A stretch of 64,000 bases of DNA from Octopus bimaculoides (lineage: Eukaryota), in the NCBI RefSeq assembly GCF_001194135.2, contig NC_068990.1, forward strand, positions 10,764,323 to 10,828,322, written 5' to 3'. This document shows positions 1 to 13,789 of the stretch, piece after piece. The notes under the pieces were generated by a model. That model was not told where the DNA came from, did no database searches, and saw nothing but the letters and a program-made list of their open reading frames with translations. How positions within the stretch are numbered: position 1 is the stretch's first letter; every line of letters starts with the position of its first letter. A program made the position numbers and the translations under genes.

Positions 1-161
<161 letters not shown>

Positions 162-174
162 GCCGTGGAGCCAC

Positions 175-329
175 TGCTGAAACACACGAAGAAGCCCGTC
201 TTAATGTTCTGAGTTCAATTGCCTTTTACTCTTTACGAGTCGATAAAATATGTACAAGCTGAACACAGAGGTCAATGTAATTGAATTGCCCCTGCCCCTG
301 AAATTGCTGGCGTTGTGCTAAACTTTGAG
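175..329 (+). mobile_element. Degenerate tRNA-derived SINE (octopus-type, family A)
   Basis: Shares gttctgagttcaa, gagtcgataaa and cccctgaaattgctggcgttgtg with other copies (29625-29850, 61233-61445). Confidence 0.6.
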
Positions 330-765
330 TTTATTATTATTATTATTATTTTTTTTTTTTTTTTTCTTCAAATTTCGCTTGAAAAGGAAATTCAGGGTGG
401 AGAGGGATATGGTAAAATGCGGGTAAAAATTGCGAAAATAGGAAGGGTACATGGTACCTGTGAGTCGGAGAAAGGTAGTAGGAAGGGGTCTCTGCTCTTG
501 GGTTCAGGTAGATCCCGGAGAGTGACATTCCCCGGTCATCCATACAGGTATCTTTATCAGGAGAGCTACATCCCTATCATCTCCGTGTTTTAAAACTTTA
601 TATACTACGTATATTTTCCTTCCTTTTCGTTGTACAGCGTGTATGCATACCCATTTTTTTTTTATTTCTCTATTTTATTACGTAAACCCTCAGATATTGT
701 GTCTGTTTTTATTATTGTCCCCCTCATTCGCACTGGTGGCAAATAAATGAAATCATCTTCATCAT

Positions 766-912
766 CACCATCATCATCACCATCATCATCATCACCATCA
801 TCATCATCACCATCATCATCATCACCATCATCATCAACTCCAACATCTTTGTCATAATAATAATAACAATAGCAATTATTATTATTATTATTATTATTAT
901 TATTTATTATTA

Positions 913-945
<33 letters not shown>
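766..945. repeat. (ATC/ACC)n and (ATT)n microsatellites
   Basis: Trinucleotide arrays seen directly; the (ATT)n part is the tail of the minus-strand element at 946-1465. Confidence 0.95.
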
Positions 946-946
<1 letters not shown>

Positions 947-1465
947 GATTTATGGTTTCCTTTCATTATAACTTTATTTCAACTGCCTTAGTACCGAGCA
1001 TCCTCCGGTGGCCAAGAGTAGCAAGAACACATTTGTATTGCTATGCATGCTAAAAATTATCACCACATTTATTCCATTTTAGACGAGGAGTGCCTTCCGT
1101 ATTATATCGGCTGCACCCATCAAGGTTGTTTTGTAGTCCACGAAGATTGGAGTTACTAGGGAGTTGCTTAACATACTTCTCAGCTCCCTTCTTTATCATT
1201 CCCAACGCACCAATTACTACTGGTATTATCGTAGTACTAAGCTTCTACATTTTTGTGATTTCAATTTGCAAATCTCTATCGTGAGAAAGCTTTTCGAATT
1301 TCATTCTCGAGAAATTATGATCTTGTGCAACACCGTGTCTATTAACAGAGAGGTTCCTCTATTGTAGTGCTTGATCACAATATCTGGTCCATTAGAGTCA
1401 ATGTTTCTGTCTGTTTGTATCGGGAAGTTCCAAAGAATGGTGACACCCATGCCTATTACATTATT
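946..1465 (-). mobile_element. 5'-truncated R4/Dong-clade non-LTR retrotransposon (restriction-like endonuclease domain, 3' UTR)
   Basis: Minus translation VTILWNFPIQTDRNIDSNGPDIVIKHYNRGTSLLID, then IIPVVIGALGMIKKGAEKY: a PD..D RLE motif homologous to 51890-52260. Frameshifted; ends in (AAT)n on the minus strand. Confidence 0.85.
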
Positions 1466-1467
1466 CC

Positions 1468-1591
1468 TATCATCATCATCATCATCACCAGCACCATCAA
1501 CACCACCACCACCACCACCATCGTCATCATCATCACCACCACCACCTACTACTACTACTGCTGCTAATTCTACTACTACGACCACTACTAT

Positions 1592-1632
<41 letters not shown>

Positions 1633-1674
1633 TTACTACTACTACTACTACTATTACTACTACTACTACTACTG

Positions 1675-1707
<33 letters not shown>

Positions 1708-1725
1708 GTATTTTTATTATCATTG
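1468..1725. repeat. Composite (ATC)n-(ACC)n-(ACT)n microsatellite
   Basis: Seen directly; produces the poly-T/V/S pseudo-ORFs. Confidence 0.95.
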
Positions 1726-2259
1726 CATGTGAGAGCTGTAAATGACATCAAAGCGACTGGGGTAAAATACACGAAGCACAATATACCCAATCATGACTAC
1801 CCTTGTGGTAAGGCTACCCCAGGTGCATGCATATGTGCGTGACATGGGGAACTTATATGAAGATAGACAGCGCATGACCTTGCAGGTGGGGCCCATTTAG
1901 AATCTTCTTCAAGTCGAGTAGCCCATCCCGTACAAAATCTCCATGAATAAGAGTTTTTTTAGGAAGTTGAACGAAACAACCATGTTTCCAAAGTTAAATT
2001 ATTCAAATGCGAAAGAATTCCTCTCAACACATAGCTATAATGCTCTCCCACTATTTCTGCTTGGGATCAGAGGTGCTCATATCGTCAGCGCTAAGGGTCA
2101 TGCTGAACAGTTTATAGTTAAACAACTAATAAGGAAATTTGTGATATTAAGCAGAATATTTGCTGTAGCGCATCTTATTATACCAAGTCAAAATATGTAC
2201 ATAACACTTTCATCTAGTTAAAATCAGAAGCCATGGTCAGAGCCAGTGCCTAGTACTGC

Positions 2260-2260
<1 letters not shown>

Positions 2261-2300
<40 letters not shown>

Positions 2301-2321
2301 CATCATCATCATCATCATCAT

Positions 2322-2356
<35 letters not shown>

Positions 2357-2368
2357 TTACTACTACTG

Positions 2369-2444
<76 letters not shown>

Positions 2445-2454
2445 TAACAACAAC

Positions 2455-2522
<68 letters not shown>

Positions 2523-2528
2523 TAATAA
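2261..2528. repeat. Composite (TTA)n-(TCA)n-(CTA)n-(AAT)n microsatellite
   Basis: Seen directly. Confidence 0.95.
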
Positions 2529-3519
2529 CACTGTGCTTTTTCAAAATCGTTGACACGCCGGACCAAAATCTTAGCGGCATTTCTATACTCTTTAATGTTC
2601 TTAGTACAACTTCCCCGAGGATAAGCTGGGTTTTTTTTATCACATCGGATCCAATAAAAGAGAAGCGATGCTTTTTCAAGAAGAATTGGCTTTTGTTTTC
2701 TGCGAAAAATTACTTTCATACAAAGCATCGTCATACAGTCTGTAGCCTCCAATACGGAAACTACAAAAAGGAAACAATACCGGGTATATATTTTATATTT
2801 AGATAAATTTTTCTTTCCTTTACTTTTTCTTCCCACGTTACCGACAAACGACGGAGTGTTACTTTAATTACTATGCAAAATATAATACAATTACGAACAG
2901 AATAAAAATTATGTCGTTTTGACACAACTTGTGTCATCATCATCAATATCATTTAGAGTATACTTGCACGTGTCATTTTAGGTTTAAACAGGAAAACCAA
3001 TACATTGGGAGTTATTATTTTGTTAACGAACAGGTAAAGCTTTCACATGAATTTTTTGCAATTGTTACGCAGCATTATACAAGTAATTACAGAATCTCTG
3101 AAGAAAGAAAACAATCGCACCTCTGTTTCGCGAATTACATAACAGGATTTTTAATACAATGGAAACACACTTTAGAGGCGTCATTAGAAAATGTTTTAAG
3201 TAAAATATCTTTTAATTCAAGAGGTGGGGTATACTGCACTACATATATCGTTTGTTAAACATGGTTCTCGTGGGAAACACTTGATCAAATAGCACGTGAG
3301 ACATTTACTCCTTAGTTGGATACGAGGAATGCAAGCCTCATCTAAGGCATATCATTCAGTAAGTGAATTCCTGACTCACAGTGACTTTTTTAGCAATACA
3401 AATGCAAGTGATAAGCACAAATGTAAAATTTGGCGGTATGTGGTATAGAAGGATATACAGAGATAAACAATTCTTCGTGAACCCGAAAGACCGTAATTCA
3501 ACGTAAATCAGTAGAGAGA

Positions 3520-3900
3520 GGAAAAGATTACAGTTCAGCATATAAATTAGGCAATCTGGTTCTTACTGCAGTAGAAGCAAACATCATTAAAGGATTTCGA
3601 CAGGGGAAGATCAATGAATAAAAACATCAAAAAAGATAATTTGTGTTGTCCTAGGTTCACATGACGCACAAAAATGGATTCTACAAATAATCTGAGTGAT
3701 TTGTTTAAAAGATGCATTTGATGAGACCCAATCACCCTGTCACACCCTCAGAGTCTGCAAATTAAGACTGATCTCCACCATAACATCAATTACAATAAAC
3801 CTACCAGAAAGCACCTCTACCATGGAACACCAAACCATCTATTTTTTACAATGGGCACTAATTAGAGTCCGATGGCGAATTAACAGTTCCTTAGGAATAA
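3520..3900 (+). mobile_element. Possible highly decayed LINE reverse transcriptase remnant
   Basis: GFRQGK (about 3592-3609) followed by ICLKDAFD resembles the GFRxGRS ... FIDLxKAFD motifs of non-LTR RTs; many stops. Confidence 0.35.
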
Positions 3901-4625
3901 AAGAAAACCGAACACCCAACGGAAAGAAAGAACAAATAATCTATAGACTTGTGAAGCGAAGCACATTCCTGTCAAGTGACAGTGTACAGTATTGAAGAAT
4001 CCACAATAAAAAAAAAACAGGCATTAATGTGTTGGGTGGACGTAACCTCCGATCTCTATGATGCTTAATAATTCCCAGCCATTCTTAAAGCAAATATTAA
4101 TTGAAAGAAAGCATATACAACATGCTCAAGAAATATATAAAGCAGTACTTTATCGTGGAGGAAATGGGCAACTTAAAAAATTTGTTCTGTTGCTCTAGTA
4201 TTTGATAGTTTTTTTGTATACCGGCTGTGGGTGTCCTGGTGCTGCGTTTTCAATTGATATCACACCTGCCTAATTGTTATGCTTCTTTTATTTTGTTGTT
4301 GCTTAGACACAAACATAGGAAGAAAGTTCTTGCAATCTTCGTACCTTTTAACAACAGCTTGGCGCTTCTTAAACCTTATGTGATTGAAACGATGCATATA
4401 GTTATAATATGTTTATCGAACAGCGTGCACAATGAGGCCTAATAATATAAAGGGGAATATAAGACAAGTATCTCTTTTTCAAATTAAGTAACGAATGGTA
4501 CAATAGAGATAAAAATGTTAACGGAATACTGATAGTAAAATGTCCTCACCCAGTAACAAAGGGGTATGTCAAAGACCACAAGAAAAACAACGACTGCAAT
4601 GACATTTTTAGCACCAATAAGTATA

Positions 4626-4843
4626 ATATTGGTTTAAAATTTTGGCACAAATCGAGCAAGTTCAGGAGAGGAGATATATCTATTACATTGATCCCAGTTT
4701 TTAAGTCTTTCTTATTTTAACGACTCGGAAACGATGAAAAGTAGAGTCGAAATCGGTGGCATTCAAACTCAGAGCGTAAAAACGGACGAAATGCCGCTAA
4801 GCATTTTTCCCAGCGAGCTTACGGTTCTGCCAACTCGTCACCT
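4626..4843 (-). mobile_element. tRNA-derived SINE, family A
   Basis: Reverse complement matches 48805-49038: aaggtgacgagttggcagaaccgtaagctcgctgggaaaaatgcttagcggcatttcgtcc ... gagtttgaatgccaccgatttcgac. Confidence 0.8.
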
Positions 4844-6369
4844 TTACATTAATGGTAATAATGATTATGATAGCAATATTTCTACTATTATAGACATGCT
4901 GGTTAAAATGTTAGAAGTGTCAGTCCATGAAATTACTCCTCCATTGTATCGTTCGCAGATGGACGGAAAGCTACCTAGGGCAGGATTTGAACTCAACACA
5001 TATATCAAAGTAAATAACAACACTAGTGTTGGTGAAAATAATTGAAAATTTCACAATGTCGATACCGAAATTAATAATAAAATTTCGACAGAGATTTCAG
5101 GAATAATATGGGATCGCATTAGAAGAGGAGTGATAACTGCCCAAAACTGCATTCCATGTTTCGGATATATGATTCCCCGTGTATGAATGGTAAATAGGAT
5201 GGTCAAGAATCGAGAGGAATTGCTGGAGTGTGAATGTTGCACAGATAACTGCCCTGAATGCAGTGGCATCTATTACCAATGGAAAATGATACCATGAAAA
5301 GTAGCAAACTCTAAATTATTTCACAAAAGGTACTCTATATATGGCAATTTTCAAAAGATGTTTTATAGGGGATCAATATATGATTATCAATACAATGAAA
5401 ACAACTGTCAAAATGCTTACGTAGAATAAACTATATATAGTAATTTGTAAGTAGTAGATGTGCTGAAAAAAAGTGGAAGGTCTAACGATATTGTCTAATG
5501 AAACAATGGATTCTTCAATAAAGATACTCGTGTGGACAATCCACAAAATTGTAATTTATGAAAAGTGTGCGTTTGCATGTGTGTGCTAGGTTACACACAT
5601 ATGTGTGGATGTAGGATTGAATTTCTTCACGTACGAGACAGGTAGAAAGGGAGAGAGAGAGGGATAGCGTTTCTAGTAGCTGTATATTTCTGAATGGGCG
5701 ACGTGCATTCGTTATGTACATTGTATTCCATTTGCTCAAAGAATCAAGGAGACTGAAAAAGTTAAAATATTCATAATGGAAGCAATGCTACTGAATAACA
5801 AAAATAATAATAGATAACAGATGAACATAAAAGCAAAACATGAACAGCTATAATAAGATGTATAATAATTATACCAATAATTACATAATTATTGTCACAA
5901 TAATAATAAAATAATGCCAATGCTAATGTTAATAACAATTACAAAAGTATAAATATTTATTATAAATATATTTACAATTATTTTTTCAGTGTTTTGTTCT
6001 TTCCCACTTTTATTATTGCTAACGAGAATCAATTGTAAACAATATTACAGCGTCTTAAAACTGTTAATTCGTTAATTTGTTATTGTTTTAGTAGGTGTTT
6101 TACAAAGTGGTCAATTGAAAATTCTAATATTTATGTGATTTGCACAAAGCAATTTCTTTTCGTTTCATGTTGCTATGATGTGTACTTTTATTGGATTCAT
6201 TCATTTCTTATCATTAATATTTAAAACCATTATTTTCCGAAATTAATCATTATTTTCACAGCTATAACGAATCTGGAAAATTTCCAATATTAGCTGGAAA
6301 TATAATGTTTTCTAATATAAGTAGGCACACGCTTTTAGGTATAGCTTCAACATTTAGGTATTATGTGAC

Positions 6370-7480
6370 ATGTAAGGATTGTGTTATCCGTGGATCTTTA
6401 TTAGTACAAACCAATGGCAAAATCTTGTGTGGTGAGAGTTCCATTGCGTAGTAGCAGTTTAGTAGAATGGTCCCCCATCGTTGAAACCTGTTTGCTGTAT
6501 GTACTGAATTTTTTTCTTGGATCCATAAATCGTTAGCAGCGAGCGATGGGTATATTTGTAGTCTAAAACGTCTAACATGTATAAACGTGTGGAACTTTTT
6601 TACGTTAAATATAATCGCCAATTCCACGTTTTTAATTCGGCTATAATTTTTTTTTCGGCTGGCAATCACGTCCTTGACTCGTGAGCCATGGCCTTGTTTG
6701 TAGCTGTCATCTTCATATTTGTGTAGGAGTGCGGCACCTATTCTGTATTCACTAGCATCTGTTATCAGCATCGTTTCCAACTTGGGATCGGAGTGTGTAG
6801 ACAAGTCCGACGTTAACACACTCTTTAGTTCCTCAAATGCCTTTTGCCATTTTTCTGACCGAAATCATTTGAAATCCTTTTTTATCAGCTCATTTACTGG
6901 AGCCCTTGTGTTGTGTATGCTCGGGAATATATACTTGATAGTAATTTACCAAATCTAAAAATGCTTATCACAATTTGAAATCTGTTGAGTGAGGCATATT
7001 CCATATTGCCGTTGCCCCTGATAGCCTTCGTCCCTTTTCGTCAATTACGTGATCCAAATATTTGATTTGTTTCATGTAAAATTCGGTGTTCCTCTATTAG
7101 TCTAAACCCGTATTCATTTAGTTTTCCAAAATCTTTTTAATACGTGCTTCTTGTTGCTGCACTGACTCGCTTTTTATCAAAATATCATCGAGATAAGCGA
7201 TAGCGAAGTCACAATCATTTCACATTGCGTCCATAACTTGTTGGAATATGGCAGGTGCCACTATTACGTCAAAAGGAAGCCGCTTGAATTCATACAATCT
7301 ACGGCGTGTGTTGATAATTAAAAGGCGTGCGCAATCTTCCTCTACCTGTATCTGTAGATATGCCTCCGAGAGATAATAGTTTCCTCCATTTAGTTTTGAA
7401 AGTAGTTCTGGATTTGTTCATACCTTCGGTAATATGCCTCGTAGGAGACTCCTTTTTCGGGATCATTTAAATGCATCTAT
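6370..7480 (-). mobile_element. Ty3/Gypsy LTR retrotransposon pol remnant (RT + RNase H)
   Basis: Minus translations AYLQIQVEEDCARLLIINTRRRLYEFKRLPF, AIAYLDDILIKS, TDASEYRIGAALLH, KNYSRIKNVELAIIFNVKKFH and HTANRFQRWGTILLN; multiple stops and frameshifts; no LTRs seen. Confidence 0.92.
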
Positions 7481-9036
7481 TGAATTTGCTACAATTCTAG
7501 TGAAAGCTTATTTTCCAGTTTTGTTACCAACTTCAATAGTTGTAGCATTTGTTGCTGTAACAATTGTTGTTATCCCTGTTTTTCTTTGAGCTGTTGTTGT
7601 TGCTGGTTTTTGCAACTCAATAATGCTATGAATAAGGACAAACGTAATATAATTTATAAAATCGGGTTCAATTTTGCATTTGAGCTCTCCGAGGTCGAGA
7701 TAAAATAAAGTACCAGACATGTAATGAGGTCCGTAACATCGATGAATCCCTTCCCATCAGGAGCGCTACTTATGTGACTATTATCTTTACAGTCATTGCT
7801 GGTTCTGAGGAAGGAAATCCGAATGGGATACAACAGTCAAAATTTGCTTTGCTAAAAGCGTAAACGCTTATATCACATTACTTACATTGCAGCGTAGAAT
7901 TCACATAGTATAGGCAATTATTTGAAGAAGTTTAATGTAATTATTCATATGTGCAACCAATGACACCTATTATCATTTGAGAACGGGGTATAACAAGAGG
8001 ATTATTCACATTTAATAATAGTATATGAAATATCTAACTTCTAAGAAAATTCCCAATTTTACTAGCAAAGAAAAAAGTGATTTCAACTATTAACCTTAAG
8101 CATGTAGCAGTCATCTTTGCATTCCCGATCATTTATTATGTTCTACGGTTCTACTACAGTTGCCTCCTTAGGTCAACGATGAAATCTAATTTAAAATTTC
8201 TCTCCCAAGTGTGCCTTGTGTTTTTAAACAATCAGTTTCAATTACAAACTGCAGCTATAGAAAATATTCGAAAATAATATGGCATTGTCTACACGGTATA
8301 TTGTTCTTTATATAATGCTGTATATATTGACTCATCTATCTAAAGGGCTAACGAAAGAAATCAATAGCTGCGGAAATTAATGTTTCTCCTTTCAGGAATT
8401 TCAATTTTCTGATCATATATACTAAGCCTTGCAAGAGATATGAGCTACCTGCAAACATTTTACGACATGTTAATCATTAGGGAACGGTTCGATGTACTGA
8501 TAAACTTGATATTAGATAACAGACCAGCCCTGTTCTCTATGTTCAGTTCTTCTCATGTATGATACAGCATTTCGTCATTTCAGTATTAATACAATATAAA
8601 CTTCGCACAATTGGTAATGTATAATCCTTTTCTGAAACTAATTAACATAAATCGATATTTATGAATCACATCCCGTAATATGACAAGTTCTGGTTATTAA
8701 CATAGCGTTGTATTTTATTCAATGCTTGAATGATGCATTCTGTCAGTGCTTTTAACAACAGTTAAAATATGTTTATTATAAGGAGATATACTGAAGTTTT
8801 AAACGTTCAAACAAGGTTCAGTTTTAAAAGAGTGTCAGAAATGTTATACTAAAACATTAATATAGTATAAAGGATATCAACTGAGTTCTTATAATAAAGT
8901 GATTTTATATTTTTGAATTCGTGGAAATACTTTCCAGGTGTCAAATTAATATGCAAAATAAAAATTAGGATTTTGTTCTTGAAGCTTACAGTTGAATACT
9001 TTCCCTTAGTGAGTGAAGTGCCCACCCTTGTTTAAT

Positions 9037-9262
9037 GAAGGCGCGTAACTTAGTGGATAGGGTGTTGTACTCATCATCGTAAGGTTGTGGCTTCGGTTCC
9101 TGGACCAAGGAACGCGTTATGTTCTTGAGCAAAACACTTCATTTCACGTTGATCCAGTGCACTCAACAGGCAAAATTGAGCAATCCTGCGACGGAACGTC
9201 GTCCCGTCCAGGTGGAGAATGTATAGGCCGGGACAGCTTTATGAGTCAGTATGACTTGAGAA
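9037..9262 (+). mobile_element. tRNA-headed SINE with a CORE/Meta-like central domain (family C)
   Basis: A-box-like gcgtaacttagtgg, B-box-like ttcggttcct, then gttcttgagcaaaacacttcatttcacgttg; inverted homolog at 24065-24238. Confidence 0.75.
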
Positions 9263-9342
9263 CGTAGCTCCACCTTTGGATTTACCATTACCTTCTTGTT
9301 TTCTAACTTAAGAAAAGGAAACATTACGAACATACATGCATA

Positions 9343-9344
<2 letters not shown>

Positions 9345-9433
<89 letters not shown>

Positions 9434-9450
9434 CCACGCACGCACACACA
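9345..9450. repeat. (CA)n microsatellite
   Basis: Seen directly. Confidence 0.95.
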
Positions 9451-9849
9451 CATATTAATCAAAGGACATACTAAGTATGTCTACCTGTTGGAAATAACAG
9501 TCAAAGCACTTATTTAAATCACCGTAAAAAAAAACACTGATAATAACTAGAGAAATCAACCGTGTGCCAGCAGTGTTTTTCGGCGATTTAAATGAGTTTT
9601 TGCTGCCATTTCTAGCAGGTAGACATACATTGTATGTCCTTTCATTAATTTAAATTTTAATCTTTCAGCTATATACTGCTTCTTGGGGACTGCAATCGCC
9701 TATATTATTAATTCTCTTATTATCATTTTTAACTGTTACACCAGATAATAATACAGTCAATAATATCTTAGGAAATAATTTTCTCCATATTAAATGTATG
9801 CATATATACATACATATATACATACATACATACGACCGTTGACTGAACA

Positions 9850-10017
9850 CTATTCAATTTTTTTCTCCGTGTTTTTCTCCTTGTCTCTGTATTCTTTCTG
9901 TTGAAGAGCGTAGCTCGAAACGTCAAATACTTTCCGTATTCCCGAGCGTCATACTAATATATACTTTTGTTATTTACACCACCTGTCCTCGTCTGTTGTT
10001 ATTATTTGTATATTCTC

Positions 10018-10020
<3 letters not shown>
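9850..10020 (+). mobile_element. Penelope-like terminal repeat (solo pLTR-type) with hammerhead-like fold
   Basis: Reverse complement of 25505-25670 and 63875-64000; the 25.5-kb copy is physically attached to a GIY-YIG remnant. Confidence 0.7.
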
Positions 10021-10067
<47 letters not shown>

Positions 10068-10440
10068 ATATACAATTTATATAGACAACAGTCTGCAAAG
10101 TTTTACCAAACAACAAGATTATAGTTGTCTCTAAATGGGACTAGGATGTTAGAAACACCTATATATATATATATACTCAATAGTATCTACTCACTGGTAA
10201 GTACAGTGAATTTGCATATAGAAGTTAAAGTATGCGACAAATATATTTTAACTAAGCTAAAGTTCGTTTATTCCTAATAAATGGTTAACGCTGATACACA
10301 CATGCACACACACATACGCACACATACGCACATACACATGCACAACACACATATTTGCATGTATATATGTACGTGTATATATTTATCCATATCTATATCG
10401 ATAGATAGAGAGACTGACAGACAAACAGATAGACAGATAG

Positions 10441-10450
10441 ACAAACAGAC

Positions 10451-10510
<60 letters not shown>
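10441..10510. repeat. (AGAT)n microsatellite
   Basis: Seen directly. Confidence 0.95.
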
Positions 10511-11917
10511 TTTTGTGACCCTTCAAATTCCTACCAATAATTATGTTAGTAGTACCTATGGTGCCGAATAGATAACTCCTCCCTCTTGAAACTATCTAAC
10601 GTGACCGAAACAAGATATTCTCTTCATTTGAATAATTCTTGAGTGTGCACCAAAAATCTAAAGTATTCTGTTTTTATGTAATCATGATAAAAATATATGT
10701 TGTATGTTGTGGTCACGCATGAGGCGGGAGTTGTGGAAACAAAGATTTCTTGTAAGTATTTACCATAGGGACTATGATGTGACATAATACAAGAATAATA
10801 AGTAATTGGGTAGTGCTCAGTAGATAATATGCCACTGTATATGTCTAAAACTCAAATGATACAATACAACTGCATTGAAAACTAAATCAAGAAATATCGT
10901 ATCAGCTTGTTGCATTAAGTGATTCTGATACTTATTTTGGGATTCATTCTAGGCGCTCTTTGTGTAACAGTCATCAAGGCTATATATATATATATATACG
11001 TGCATGGATCTAAGCAGGATTGAACCAAAGGACCTATACTTTGTCTTATAGAATTTCGTTAATTTGAACTATGAACTATTATGCTTCTTTTTTGCCTCTT
11101 TCTTTCCGTCTCCTTATTCTTTTACTCACTTCCTCTATGTCGTCATCTCATTAATATTTACTATTCTCATTTTCCGTATCTTTTTTCTCTATTTGTCTCT
11201 AATTACGGAATATCCCATTCTTGGGGATATCACAGAAACAGGTGTAAGATTTAAAATTCTTTCCAATAATAATATTGAATACGACTTGCGATGTTTGCCT
11301 TGCCTTAATGTTTGCTGTCCTATTTAACAATTATATATCAGGTGCATCGGAAATCTGCAAAGGCTCCATAACTACCATCGCAGCTATAACCTAGGAGCCC
11401 TAGTAATCCGTTATAACACTTACCTACCGTACCTAATTGTTTAGATCACCTGTGAACTAAACTTCCATACTTCGTATATACATACAAAGATACATACATA
11501 CATATAAATATATATGTGTGTGTGTGCATATAAATATATATTAATATAGATAAATATATAAATATATAAGTATGTATATATATTTATGTATGTATCTATG
11601 AATTCAAGTGTATACATCTTAATCGAATGTAACCCTTCAGTGTTTATTGTAGATCATTTAATGTAACAACATATTGAAGATCTTACAATGTCTCAATACA
11701 GCTACCTTAAATTCTTTATGTCCAAGGCTTGTATTCTTTATATTTATAGAGATGCGCAACACTGGAATTTTGCATGGATATTAGTTGCTTTGCAACACAT
11801 AATTCAACTAATTTTGTTGATATATTTTCCATCTTTTTTTTTGTGGGGGGGATATATGAGGTGCATAAAATATATAACGAACGATTCAAAAGGGAAGTGC
11901 ACTATATGTTTAATGCT

Positions 11918-11951
<34 letters not shown>

Positions 11952-12239
11952 CTCTGCATAGGATGAGAGGAATGAGAAAGAGACATTTTCTAGGAATTTC
12001 ACCTAGGCAACTTGTCATATACACTGACACAGAAATGGATGAGTATTATTCTAAAAATCTTAATACATTCATATAACCGTGGACAATATATGCATTCTTA
12101 ATAACGAAAGCGCATTGACGTACCGGATAGTTCAATTAAAACATTTCTATTGATGATTTATGCACTTACTCGGACATAAAATTCCTATTAATATCCTACG
12201 GTTCAATAATATTACTAAAGACATATGTTATTTCCTGTA

Positions 12240-12296
<57 letters not shown>

Positions 12297-12569
12297 TCTG
12301 TCTCCTGTACGTGTATGTGTATATATATATACATATATACACACATATATATAAATAAGTGTGTGCGTGTGTGTTTGTGTGTTTGTTTTTGTTGTTTGGG
12401 CTGTGCGTGTACACGCGTGTTGCTTACTGTGAAAGGATTTTTATGGATATTTATATAGACATGCATGTTTATATGTATATGTATATAGTAATACTTACAG
12501 ATTTACTCGTATATCTATATAGATATACATACATATTTACACGTATATTATTTTTTTTCTAATTTTATT

Positions 12570-12770
12570 TGTTTCATTCATTTTCACTGCGGACATGCTG
12601 TAGCACTGCCTTTAGTCGACCAAACCGACCCGAGGACTTATTTATGTAAACCTACTACTTATTCTACCAGTCTCTTTTGCCGAACCGCTAAGTTACATGG
12701 ACGTAAACACCAGCATCGGTTGTCAAGCGACGTTGGGCACACACGCACACAAACATATACAGGCACATGC
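12570..12770 (-). mobile_element. SINE family B, 3' half
   Basis: tcttttgccgaaccgctaagtta ... ccagcatcggttgtcaagcga; reverse complement of 62720-62908 and 60776-60920. Confidence 0.85.
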
Positions 12771-12797
12771 AAACATATACACACGCACACACACACG

Positions 12798-12833
<36 letters not shown>

Positions 12834-13439
12834 NNNNNNNNNNNNNNNNNNNNNNNNNNNNNNNNNNNNNNNNNNNNNNNNNNNNNNNNNNNNNNNNNNN
12901 NNNNNNNNNNNNNNNNNNNNNNNNNNNNNNNNNNNNNNNNNNNNNNNNNNNNNNNNNNNNNNNNNNNNNNNNNNNNNNNNNNNNNNNNNNNNNNNNNNNN
13001 NNNNNNNNNNNNNNNNNNNNNNNNNNNNNNNNNNNNNNNNNNNNNNNNNNNNNNNNNNNNNNNNNNNNNNNNNNNNNNNNNNNNNNNNNNNNNNNNNNNN
13101 NNNNNNNNNNNNNNNNNNNNNNNNNNNNNNNNNNNNNNNNNNNNNNNNNNNNNNNNNNNNNNNNNNNNNNNNNNNNNNNNNNNNNNNNNNNNNNNNNNNN
13201 NNNNNNNNNNNNNNNNNNNNNNNNNNNNNNNNNNNNNNNNNNNNNNNNNNNNNNNNNNNNNNNNNNNNNNNNNNNNNNNNNNNNNNNNNNNNNNNNNNNN
13301 NNNNNNNNNNNNNNNNNNNNNNNNNNNNNNNNNNNNNNNNNNNNNNNNNNNNNNNNNNNNNNNNNNNNNNNNNNNNNNNNNNNNNNNNNNNNNNNNNNNN
13401 NNNNNNNNNNNNNNNNNNNNNNNNNNNNNNNNNNNNNNN
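12834..13439. other. Assembly gap; others at 22958-22967, 29128-29302, 32476-32502, 36374-36383, 53569-53891, 59587-59793 and 62958-63626
   Basis: Runs of N, nearly all bordered by (AT)n. Confidence 0.99.
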
Positions 13440-13449
13440 TATATACATA

Positions 13450-13590
13450 CTACCTCCAGTTTAACAAATCAACCCCAGGACTTATTCTTTGTAGACCTAG
13501 TACTTATTCGATCGGGCTCTTTTGCCGAATCGCTAAGTTATGTGAAAGTGAACACACCAGAATCGGTTTTCAAGCGATGCTGGGAAAAAC

Positions 13591-13638
<48 letters not shown>

Positions 13639-13725
13639 ACACACACACACTCACATGCACGCATACATACATGCCCACAGCGGCCTTCTTTCAGTTTCCG
13701 TCCACCAAATTCAATCACAATAACG
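13450..13725 (-). mobile_element. SINE family B, with internal (CA)n
   Basis: ccccaggacttattctttgtagacctagtac ... cttctttcagtttccgtccaccaaattc; second, diverged copy on the other side of the N-gap. Confidence 0.85.
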
Positions 13726-13789
13726 AATGCCCAAACTTTAATTTGTAAGAAGATAATAATACTACAGCTATTACTGGGTAATTCTGAAG

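Noticed and set aside
662-2836. Long ORFs with poly-I/L/T/V/S/Y/D runs
   Set aside because: They are translations of trinucleotide microsatellites and have no complex coding content.
12697-13748. ORFs of 240-350 aa spanning X runs (also 29.1, 53.5, 59.5 and 62.9 kb)
   Set aside because: Open only because of N-gaps and (AT)n/(CA)n flanks.
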